From Chloroflexota bacterium (lineage in GTDB: Bacteria > Chloroflexota > Limnocylindria > Limnocylindrales > CSP1-4): a DNA stretch of 64,000 nt. The stretch lies in the NCBI GenBank assembly GCA_037446495.1, contig JBBIIL010000004.1:75916-139915 (forward strand). The letters are read 5' to 3'. Below, in pieces: positions 50,584 through 57,780 of this stretch (position 1 is the stretch's first letter; each line of letters begins with the position of its first letter). A program made the position numbers and the translations under genes. Below the pieces are notes generated by a model. The model did not search any database and was not told the DNA's origin. It saw nothing but the letters and a program-made list of their open reading frames with translations.

Positions 50584-51336
50584 TCAAGCCCCTGTCGCCG
50601 CTGACGAGATCATCGACGCCCGCTGCGCCTGCTCGCGCTCGAACGCGACGGGTCGGCGTCCCGTCCGGCCGGCCAGCTCGGCCGTGATGCCCCACGCGAA
50701 GTGGTCGAACCGGCCCGTCTTGCCACTCCACGCCGCCAGGGTGGCTGGCGCCAGGCGCTGGACGTGGCCGCTGGGATCGCGGGCGACCGGGCGCAGGTAG
50801 TGGGCGATCTCCACGCGCGGGCCGTCGCCCAGCAGCAGCAGGACGCCCAGGCGCGCGAGCTCGTCGGCGATGGCGCTGACCGGCGGCAGAGCCAGGCGTC
50901 CGAGCACGTCGTCGAGCGCAGCGCCCTCCGCGGTGGCGAGGAGGGAGTAGCCGGCCGTCAGCGCGCGAATCGCCAGGTGGGCGGCCTCGCCCCACGTTCC
51001 GCTGGGCTCCAGTTCAGCGACCATCACGGCGCCGGGCTGTCCAATCGCAACGCGCCCGGACGGTCGCCAGCCCAGCTCGGCGGCCAGGGGCATCCAGGCG
51101 AAGTCCTCGTCGGCGCCCGCCAAGCGGACCACGGGCACCGGCGCGGGAATCAGCGCCAGGAGCGCGTCGCGGACCGCTCGCCGCTCCTCCCCGGCCCCGC
51201 CGCCGACGACCAGGGGAATCCCGCCGTCCACGGTCAGCCAGACCAGCGCGGCCAACTCCGCGTCCAGCACCCCGTCGCGCACGACTCGGGCGACCGCCGC
51301 CGGCACAGCGGCGCGCGGCGGGGTCGGCTCGTTCAC
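50584..51336 (-). CDS. Degenerate VirB11/CpaF-like secretion-ATPase homolog lacking Walker A lysine
   Basis: GVLDAELAALVWLTVDGGIPLVVGGGAGEERRAVRDALLALIP parallels the G(T/S)LxxExAAxLxxxVxxxxNILVSGGTGSGKTT region of CpaF/VirB11. The P-loop, however, is GGGAGEERR. This similarity is judged by eye only. Confidence 0.5.
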   Translation of the reverse strand: MNEPTPPRAAVPAAVARVVRDGVLDAELAALVWLTVDGGIPLVVGGGAGEERRAVRDALLALIPAPVPVVRLAGADEDFAWMPLAAELGWRPSGRVAIGQPGAVMVAELEPSGTWGEAAHLAIRALTAGYSLLATAEGAALDDVLGRLALPPVSAIADELARLGVLLLLGDGPRVEIAHYLRPVARDPSGHVQRLAPATLAAWSGKTGRFDHFAWGITAELAGRTGRRPVAFEREQAQRASMISSAATGA

Positions 51337-51404
51337 TCGGCCAGCCTACCGTCGCGGCGAGTACGCTGCTCGTGTCTACGGCCTGCAGCAACGAGGAGGT
51401 CAGC

Positions 51405-51755
51405 GTGTCCATCGTCCGCATCGGCCATGGCCCGCGCTTCGCCTCGGCGGTCGTCCACGGCGGCCTCGTCTACCTCGCCGGCCACGTCGCCCATGACCCG
51501 GAAGCGGGCGTTCGCGAGCAGACCGCAGAGGTTCTCGCCGCCATTGACCGTCACCTCGCCGAGGCGGGAACCGACAAGTCGCGGCTGATCTCCGTCCAGG
51601 TCTGGCTTGCCGACATCGGCCACTTCGAGGAGATGAACGCCGCCTGGGACGCCTGGGTTGACCACGCGAACTTGCCGGCCCGCGCCACCGTTGAGGCCAA
51701 GTTGGCGTCGCACATCTACAAGGTGGAGATCGCCGGGATTGCCGCGCTCCCCTGA
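51405..51755 (+). CDS. RidA/YjgF/L-PSP family protein
   Basis: VHGGLVYLAGHVA...EQTAEVLAAIDRHLAEAGTDKSRLISVQVWL...ARATVEAKL. The GTG start follows a GAGGAGG RBS. Confidence 0.85.
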   Translation: MSIVRIGHGPRFASAVVHGGLVYLAGHVAHDPEAGVREQTAEVLAAIDRHLAEAGTDKSRLISVQVWLADIGHFEEMNAAWDAWVDHANLPARATVEAKLASHIYKVEIAGIAALP

Positions 51756-51859
51756 TGCGAGGCTGTCCTGGGGACGCAGGCGGATCGACGCGGTGGGGCT
51801 CGGCTCAAGCGGGCGCGAGGATTCTCAGCGCTTCCCTCGGTTGCAGCTCCTGTCCGCGT

Positions 51860-52306
51860 CTACTGGAAGAAGCCCGCCGCGGCGTAGACGTACTTGACGC
51901 CGAAGGCGGCCTGCGCGGTCTTGCCGGCCACCTTGTCGATCTTGAGCCACGTGTTGCCGGACGCGCCGCAGGACCCGGCGGTGTATGCGGTGCCATTGAC
52001 GGTGGCCACCACGTGGACCGCGGTCCCGGAATTGACCACCTTCACCCTGGCGCCCGCGCTCGACGCCTGCTTGCGGAGGCTGATCCCGTCGCAGATGGCG
52101 GTTGCGGTGGAGGTCGCGGCGGGCAGCGACGCCGCCGGCGTGTCGGAGGGCTGATTGCTGGCCGGCGGCTGGGCGGAGCCGCTGGCGCCTGCGGACGGGC
52201 TGGAGGAGCCGGCGTCCGAAGCAGATGGAGAGGTCGAGGACGATGAGCCTCCGCACGCGGCGAGCGTCATCGCGAGGACTCCGACGAGGATCAGCCTGCG
52301 ACGCAT
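51860..52306 (-). CDS. Secreted lipoprotein with Ser-rich linker and small beta-rich domain
   Basis: MRRRLILVGVLAMTLAACGG is a signal peptide with a lipobox. A low-complexity S/A/P linker and a ~75-aa C-terminal domain follow. Confidence 0.7.
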   Translation of the reverse strand: MRRRLILVGVLAMTLAACGGSSSSTSPSASDAGSSSPSAGASGSAQPPASNQPSDTPAASLPAATSTATAICDGISLRKQASSAGARVKVVNSGTAVHVVATVNGTAYTAGSCGASGNTWLKIDKVAGKTAQAAFGVKYVYAAAGFFQ

Positions 52307-52520
52307 TCGCCACCTCCCTGCGGTCGTTTCGCCAGCTCGAGTGCCGTTGACAGGATAGCCGTCCGGGGCCGTTCCCTGGGGACCGGATTGCCCCTCGCGT
52401 CGGGGTCCTGGGATCAGCCGACGCCGAAGACCTCGCGGCAGGCGCCCCGCCCGTCCGCCAAAGGACGGACGGTGAGCCCGAATGTGGCGTTGGTCGTCTC
52501 ACGCTGGGCCGACCCTTGCG

Positions 52521-52563
52521 GCAACGGGCGTCGCGCCGGGGCGGCTGGCGCGACGCCCGTTGC
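52521..52563. repeat. Perfect inverted repeat (17-bp arms, 9-nt spacer)
   Basis: GCAACGGGCGTCGCGCC-ggggcggct-GGCGCGACGCCCGTTGC. There is no adjacent U-tract. It lies 45 bp upstream of the candidate -35. Confidence 0.85.
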
Positions 52564-52608
52564 CGCGCCAGGGCACGCCCGTCGGCAGGAGAGTTGCCCG
52601 CGTGGGGG

Positions 52609-52638
52609 TTGACGAGGCGACGATGCGGCGCGTATTCT
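52609..52638 (+). promoter_or_regulatory. Candidate promoter of the ABC-2 exporter leader
   Basis: TTGACG (52609..52614), an 18-nt spacer, then TATTCT (52633..52638). The predicted TSS is near 52645, about 345 nt upstream of the ABC ATPase ATG. Confidence 0.4.
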
Positions 52639-52817
52639 GCCGCCCGGTCGAGCAGGTCGCTCGGCACGTCCTACAACCGGAGGCGGTACGCCAGATGGTG
52701 CAGAACGCAACGCTCCAGGACCCGCGCATGTCGGCGCCCATCGGCGCTGCCGTTCGCGGCAGGAGTGTGCCCACCGCAGGGTAGGACGCGGGGCGAGAGC
52801 CCCAGGAGCGACCAGCC

Positions 52818-52855
52818 GAGCCGTGGGCCACCAAGCCCGCGGCTCAAGTGTTTTT
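52818..52855 (+). terminator. Intrinsic terminator/attenuator inside the leader
   Basis: GAGCCGUGGGC-caccaa-GCCCGCGGCUC forms an 11-bp stem with one G-U pair, followed by AAGUGUUUUU. Confidence 0.55.
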
Positions 52856-52991
52856 CGAGGCAGATACCGCCCCGAGCGATGCGAGCCGCAGGCTCCCGGG
52901 AAACCGGGCCCGCGGCTCGTCCCCTGTCTGGGACCCCGCGGCCCGGCTCGCCTCTCGCATGAGCCAACCAGCAGACCGCAAGGAGGGTCCC

Positions 52992-53882
52992 ATGACCACC
53001 ACCCTCGCGCCCGAACTGAACATCGCGGGTCCGGCGTCCGCTGACGCCGCGGCGGCCGCGTGCGCGACCGTGGCCCCGGTCCCGGCCCTGCTCGTCGAGC
53101 ACGTCACCAAGCGCTTCCGGCCCGACCGCCGCAAGCCGCCGGTCCTCGCGATCGAGAACGTCTCGCTCCGCCTGGAGCGCGGCACGATCCACGGGGTCCT
53201 GGGCGCCAACGGCTCGGGCAAGTCCACGCTGATCCGCCTCATCTCGGGGCTGCTCACGCTGGACCAGGGCCGGGTCGAGGTCTTCGGCCTCGACATCGAG
53301 CGCGACGAACTCGCCGTCAAGCGGCTCATCAACAGGGTGAGCGTGGACGCGGCGTTCTTCAAGAAGCTGAGCCCCATGGAGAACCTGCTCTTCGCCGCCC
53401 GCCTGTACGGCCTCGAGGCCGGGACGGCGCGACGGGACGCCACCAGGATCCTCGGCCGGCTGGGCATCGCGCAGAGCCGCCTCGGCCGCCCGGTGGAGCA
53501 GATGAGCCGGGGAATGCAGCAGAAGGTCGCCATCGCGCGAGCCCTGCTGACGAGCCCGACGCTGCTGCTGCTCGACGAGCCGACCACCGGGCTCGACCCG
53601 CGCAGCAAGCTCGACGTCCAGTCGTTCATCGAGGAGGTCAACACGTTGCACGACGCGACGATTGTCCTCACGACGCACGACCTGGCCGAGGCGGAGCGCC
53701 TGTGCGAGCGCATCACGCTCCTCAACGGAGGCCGCGTGGTCGCCGAGGGCACCTCGCCCGAGCTCAAGCGGCTGGTCGCCGAACGCCACGGACAGCCCGA
53801 GACGCTCGAGGCCGTGTTCATGACCTTCACCGGCCGCTCCCTCGACGACGACGTCGAGGAGGACGGCGACACCGACGACTGA
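52992..53882 (+). CDS. ABC transporter ATP-binding protein (ABC-2/DrrA-like exporter type)
   Basis: It has an AAGGAGGG RBS. Motifs include GVLGANGSGKSTLIRLISG, MSRGMQQKVAIARALL and LLLDEPTTGLD. Confidence 0.9.
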   Translation: MTTTLAPELNIAGPASADAAAAACATVAPVPALLVEHVTKRFRPDRRKPPVLAIENVSLRLERGTIHGVLGANGSGKSTLIRLISGLLTLDQGRVEVFGLDIERDELAVKRLINRVSVDAAFFKKLSPMENLLFAARLYGLEAGTARRDATRILGRLGIAQSRLGRPVEQMSRGMQQKVAIARALLTSPTLLLLDEPTTGLDPRSKLDVQSFIEEVNTLHDATIVLTTHDLAEAERLCERITLLNGGRVVAEGTSPELKRLVAERHGQPETLEAVFMTFTGRSLDDDVEEDGDTDD

Positions 53883-53903
53883 GACCACGAGAGGAGGCCT
53901 GCA

Positions 53904-54182
53904 ATGACGACGAACCGAGGACCGCAACCCCGCCGCCATGCCCTCGGCCCCTTCCGAAAGGACGAACCTCACATGTTCCACATCGAGTTCCGCTTTGCCG
54001 AGGCCGAGGAGCGCCAGGCGCGCTTCCGGGCCGAGGCCGAGCGCGAGCATTTCGGCCGGCCTGGCCGACGCCCCCTCCGCCGCCGCGTCGGCCGGTCGCT
54101 CGTGCGCCTGGGCCACCGCGTCGGCGGCGACGCGATGAGCGACGCGCTCAACGATGCCATCACCCCCGCGTGGCAGGGATGA
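53904..54182 (+). CDS. small Arg-rich hypothetical protein (92 aa)
   Basis: A GAGGAGG RBS lies 6 nt upstream. GC3 is high from MFHIEFRFAEAEERQARFRAEAEREHFGR..RRRVGRSLVRLGHRV. It fills the gap between the ATPase and the permease. Confidence 0.5.
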   Translation: MTTNRGPQPRRHALGPFRKDEPHMFHIEFRFAEAEERQARFRAEAEREHFGRPGRRPLRRRVGRSLVRLGHRVGGDAMSDALNDAITPAWQG

Positions 54183-54252
54183 CCCCGCCGTGCCAGCGTG
54201 CCGGGCCGGCTTGGTCCGGTCCGGCACGCGCTCCGTTGAAAGGAACCCTGAG

Positions 54253-55056
54253 TTGGCCCTCGTCACCGCTGAGCTGAAGGCGTCGTACGCCTTCGTCGAG
54301 CGCAATTTCTTCCTCACCCGCCGGTACTGGGGGTGGGAGCTGGCCTTCCTCGTCTACTCCGTCGCAGGCGCGCTGTCGATCAGCCTGATCGGCGCCGCGG
54401 CGGGCGACAACCGCCTGCTCCTGACCCTCACCATCGGCGCGGTGTTCTGGAACTACCTGTCCGTCGTGTTCTCGTGGATCGCCGAGACCATCGCCGTCGA
54501 GCGCTGGGAGGGCACCCTCGAGCACACGTTCATGGCGCCGGTCCGCCGGTGGACCCAGCTGCTGGGCTCGTGCCTGTACGCCATGGTGTACGGCCTGGTC
54601 CACACCCTGGCGATGCTGGTGGTCCTGGTGCTGTTCTTCCCGCAGCTCCGGCCCGAGTCGATGAACATGCTCACCGCGGGCTCCTTCGTGCTGCTGGGCT
54701 CGTTCAGCTTCGTCGGCATCGGCATGATGGCGGCGATCCTGCCGCTGCTCTATGTGGAGCGGGGCGCCCAGATGACGTTCGTCATCCAGTCGTGCCTGCT
54801 GCTCGTCTCAGGCGTGTACTACCCGGTCAGCGTGCTGCCGGGGTGGATGCAGGTGGTCTCGCACCTCTCGCCGGCGACCTACGTCCTGGCCGGCGTGCGG
54901 TCAGGCCTGCTCGACGGGACGCCGGTGACCGAACTCTGGGGCGACGTGCTGCCGCTGATCGCGATGGGCATCGTGCTCATCCCGGTGGGCCTGTGGGCAT
55001 TCGGCCGCGCCGAGCGCTACGCCAAGCGCACCGGCAAGCTCAAGCGGGTTGGCTGA
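54253..55056 (+). CDS. ABC-2 type transporter permease
   Basis: It has six TM helices, with AELKASYAFVERNFFLTRRYWGWEL typical of an ABC-2 N-terminus. The start is uncertain. I chose TTG 54253, and the ORF is open from 54154. Confidence 0.78.
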   Translation: MALVTAELKASYAFVERNFFLTRRYWGWELAFLVYSVAGALSISLIGAAAGDNRLLLTLTIGAVFWNYLSVVFSWIAETIAVERWEGTLEHTFMAPVRRWTQLLGSCLYAMVYGLVHTLAMLVVLVLFFPQLRPESMNMLTAGSFVLLGSFSFVGIGMMAAILPLLYVERGAQMTFVIQSCLLLVSGVYYPVSVLPGWMQVVSHLSPATYVLAGVRSGLLDGTPVTELWGDVLPLIAMGIVLIPVGLWAFGRAERYAKRTGKLKRVG

Positions 55057-55058
55057 CG

Positions 55059-56198
55059 ATGGACCGCCTCAAACCGGCCGTCGCCGGCACGGACACGCCG
55101 GCCCCCCTCCCCGTCCCGGCCGGTCTCGGCTGGGACGCGAACTGGGCCGCCGACTTCGCGCCGCTCGCGGACGGACGTCGGCGCCCGGCCCGCGTGGTTG
55201 CCGCCCACCGCGGCGCCTGGATCATCGCCCTTGCCGACGGCGACCGGGACGCCGTCCTGGCGGGGCGCCTCCGCCACGATGCCGCCCGTCCGACCGATCT
55301 CCCCGCCGTGGGCGATTGGGTGGCCGCCGAGGCCGACCCGGTGGCACACGGCCCGGCCGTCATCTTCGCCGTGCTCCCGCGCCGCTCAGCCTTCGGCCGC
55401 AACCGCGAGGACGGCCAGGCGGCGGCCGACCAGATCCTCGCCGCCAACGTGGACGTCGCACTCGTGGTCACAGGCCTTGACGGCGACTTCAACCTGCGAC
55501 GCATCGAGCGGTACCTTGCCGTGGCCTGGAGCGGTGGCGTGGAGCCGGTGATCCTGCTCAACAAGGCCGACGCAGCCGCCGACCCCGACGGCGCCCGTGC
55601 GGCGGTCGAGACGGTCGCACCCGGCGTTGACGTGCGGCTCGTCGCGGCGCTGGCCGGCACCGGCGTGCCGGAGCTCGCCCGCGACCACCTGGGGACCGGC
55701 CGAACGGCCGTCGTGCTGGGCTCCTCCGGTGCCGGCAAGTCCACGCTGCTCAACGCCCTGCTGGGCGAGGCGCGCGCGAAGACCGGCGCCGTCCGCGAGG
55801 CCGACGCACGTGGCCGCCACACCACGACCCACCGCGAGCTCCACCGCCTGCCGGGCGGCGGTCTGCTCATCGACACGCCGGGGATCCGCTCGCTCGGCGT
55901 CACCGGCGCCGACGACGGGCTCGCCCCGGCCTTCGCCGAGGTGACGGACCTTGCCGCCGACTGCCGGTTCGCCGACTGCCGCCACGAGGGCGAACCGGGT
56001 TGCGCCGTGCTCGCCGCCGTGGAGGACGGGCGGCTGGCGCACGATCGGCTGGCATCGCACCGCAAGCTCGAGCGCGAGGCCGCCCACGCGGCCCGTCAGA
56101 CCGACCGATTGGCGCGCGACGCCGACCGCCGGAAGTGGAAGGCGATCAGCGCGTCGGTGCAGGACCACATGCGGCGCAAGTACGGTGGCGACCAGTAA
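55059..56198 (+). CDS. rsgA: Ribosome small-subunit-dependent GTPase A
   Basis: It is a circularly permuted GTPase with LLNKAD (G4), VVLGSSGAGKSTLLNAL (G1) and DTPG (G3). It also has the zinc finger CRFADCRHEGEPGC. Confidence 0.9.
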   Translation: MDRLKPAVAGTDTPAPLPVPAGLGWDANWAADFAPLADGRRRPARVVAAHRGAWIIALADGDRDAVLAGRLRHDAARPTDLPAVGDWVAAEADPVAHGPAVIFAVLPRRSAFGRNREDGQAAADQILAANVDVALVVTGLDGDFNLRRIERYLAVAWSGGVEPVILLNKADAAADPDGARAAVETVAPGVDVRLVAALAGTGVPELARDHLGTGRTAVVLGSSGAGKSTLLNALLGEARAKTGAVREADARGRHTTTHRELHRLPGGGLLIDTPGIRSLGVTGADDGLAPAFAEVTDLAADCRFADCRHEGEPGCAVLAAVEDGRLAHDRLASHRKLEREAAHAARQTDRLARDADRRKWKAISASVQDHMRRKYGGDQ

Positions 56199-56333
56199 CG
56201 CCGTCAGCAGCACCAGAGCCAGCGTGGTCCAGCGCGCCGGCACGGCATCGAGGACCACGGCGGTGCGTCACGGACCGCGTCTGTTCCCGCGCGTGCCGGC
56301 TCCGCCCGGGTCGGGGCGCAGGGCGTGACCGGT

Positions 56334-56723
56334 TCAGTGAAGACGTTCAACGAGGTCCTTGACCTGACCGGACGCGCAGGCGAGCGCAGCCTGATCAGCA
56401 TTGACGAGGTCCGTCACGACCGGCCGCAGACCGGTCGCCGCGATCCGCTCATAGGCTCCGCGACCCATGCCGCGAGCAACCAGGTATGCGCAATCCGAGA
56501 CCGGGGAGATCATCTCGTCGTGCCGGGCGTGCGCCGCCGGGCCGTCGTGCGACCCGTCGTCGTCACCATGTCGCGCCACCTCGAGGTGGGGCGCCGACTT
56601 CGGCCGGATCTCCCGGTGGACGATCGCTCCGTCCTCGACCGTGATGGCGACGTAGGCTCGGGCGCGCCCGAAGTGGGCGCTGACGGTCGCACCGCCATCG
56701 TCGGTTACAAGCGCGATCTTCAT
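56334..56723 (-). CDS. NifX/NifB-C-terminal-like (dinitrogenase FeMo-cofactor-binding fold) domain protein
   Basis: MKIALVTDDGGATVSAHFGRARAYVAITVEDGAIV...CAYLVARGMGRGAYERIAATGLRPVV matches the Nitro_FeMo-Co domain pattern. A GGAGA RBS precedes the second ATG. Confidence 0.8.
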   Translation of the reverse strand: MKIALVTDDGGATVSAHFGRARAYVAITVEDGAIVHREIRPKSAPHLEVARHGDDDGSHDGPAAHARHDEMISPVSDCAYLVARGMGRGAYERIAATGLRPVVTDLVNADQAALACASGQVKDLVERLH

Positions 56724-56763
56724 CCTGTTCTCCATGGGTGTGTCACAGCGGCTCGACGGCCGA

Positions 56764-56797
56764 ATGGTTGAGGGCGCCTGATGGTTGAGGGCGCGTG
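56764..56797. repeat. 17-bp tandem direct repeat upstream of the NifX-like gene
   Basis: The copies are ATGGTTGAGGGCGCCTG and ATGGTTGAGGGCGCGTG. The core 12-mer GGTTGAGGGCGC recurs at 60622..60633. Confidence 0.85.
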
Positions 56798-56908
56798 CCA
56801 GAGCCGCCTGATCGCCCGAAGTCAAACGATCCTCGATGATCGAGATGCAGAGCTCCTCCCCGGAGGCACGTCCGCGCCAGCGGGTCGTCGCCCGTCAGGG
56901 GCTGGTGG

Positions 56909-57160
56909 CTATTCCCGGGCGCCTCCATCCCGAGCGCCGCGCAGCGCCCCGAGCTCGGTCTCGATCTGGCGCACCATCAGGCGAAGCTCCTCGAGGCGCG
57001 CCTCGAGGTCGTCCGGGGCCACCCCCGGCCCGGGCCGTCCAGCCCGGCGATCGCGGCGAGGCACGGGGAAGTCAGCGTCGTCGTACCAGTCGCCAGGTCC
57101 ACACCAGCCACGGTCGTGCGGCCGATAGGGATACGGGCCACAGCCATGCGAGCAGCCCAC
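56909..57160 (-). CDS. Small Cys-containing protein with C-terminal coiled coil (DUF5320-like)
   Basis: GTG 57160 lies 7 nt after an AAGGAGG RBS inside the padR 3' end. The protein reads VGCSHGCGPYPYRPHDRGWCGPGDWYDD...PDDLEARLEELRLMVRQIETELGALRG. Confidence 0.6.
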   Translation of the reverse strand: MGCSHGCGPYPYRPHDRGWCGPGDWYDDADFPVPRRDRRAGRPGPGVAPDDLEARLEELRLMVRQIETELGALRGARDGGARE

Positions 57161-57161
57161 G

Positions 57162-57575
57162 TCAACCTCCTTGGCCCTTGATCGGGCCGTCCAGTCCATC
57201 GAGGAACGCGTCAATCAGGCGCGCCCGCTCGTGCATCACCGAGGTCCACTCGGCGAGGGCCTGCACTCCCTCGTCGGTCAGCCGGTACGTTCGCCGCGCA
57301 GGCCCGTCGTCCGTCACCCACGCCGACTGGACGAGACCCTCCGCCTCGAACTCGCGGAGTGCGCGATAGGCCATTCCCACATCGACGCCGCCGGGCGCGA
57401 GGCACAGGTCGTCAAGCCGGGCGATGAGTGCCGCACCGTGCACCTCGCCCTCGGCCATCAGCCGCAACAGGAACGGCTCCAGCCACCGGCCCCGCCGTCC
57501 TCCTGGCCGCACCCAGCCTCGATGAGCGTCGTGGTGCTCGTGCGGGTGGTCGTGGTGCGCCGCGCTGGTGAACAT
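57162..57575 (-). CDS. PadR family transcriptional regulator with His-rich N-terminal extension
   Basis: FLLRLMAEGEVHGAALIARLD...GMAYRALREFEAEGLVQSAWV...RRTYRLTDEG is the PadR winged helix. The N-terminus reads AAHHDHPHEHHDAH. Confidence 0.85.
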   Translation of the reverse strand: MFTSAAHHDHPHEHHDAHRGWVRPGGRRGRWLEPFLLRLMAEGEVHGAALIARLDDLCLAPGGVDVGMAYRALREFEAEGLVQSAWVTDDGPARRTYRLTDEGVQALAEWTSVMHERARLIDAFLDGLDGPIKGQGG

Positions 57576-57580
57576 GCCAC

Positions 57581-57596
57581 TAGCATATCCATGCTA
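57581..57596. promoter_or_regulatory. Palindrome overlapping a -10-like element just upstream of padR (candidate autoregulatory operator, near-leaderless mRNA)
   Basis: TAGCAT-atcc-ATGCTA. On the reverse strand TATGCT ends 6 nt before the padR ATG. The patch is locally AT-rich. Confidence 0.4.
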
Positions 57597-57780
57597 CCGG
57601 CATCCTCTAGTGCCGCATGGCCCTCCCCCCCCGTGGGCGTGCATCAGCGCCCGACTGGCCCCATCTGGGCGTCGGACGGCAGAATCACCAGCGGGCCCCG
57701 GACCTCGGTGGGGCCTGCGGCTTCGCGCAGGTGGCGAGCGAGACGACGTGGCGGCGAACGATGACGGAGGTCCACGAGCC

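Noticed and set aside
50267-50995. 242-aa minus-strand ORF and 134-aa plus-strand ORF in or near the 50.25-50.58 kb gap
   Set aside because: They are extremely Arg/Pro/Gly-rich and overlap the better-supported 50584..51336 gene out of frame. They are likely non-coding.
52482-52784. 100-aa ORF and several overlapping ORFs (52414..52834, both strands) in the long leader
   Set aside because: The frames are mutually overlapping, composition is Arg/Pro/Ala-rich, and no RBS sits at their starts. Only the 29-codon sub-ORF (52695..52784) has a plausible RBS, and I report it as a hypothesis within the leader finding.
56334-56723. NifX/NifB-like domain as evidence for nitrogen fixation
   Set aside because: It is a single small cofactor-binding-fold protein with no nifHDK/ENB nearby. 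The domain is widespread outside diazotrophs.
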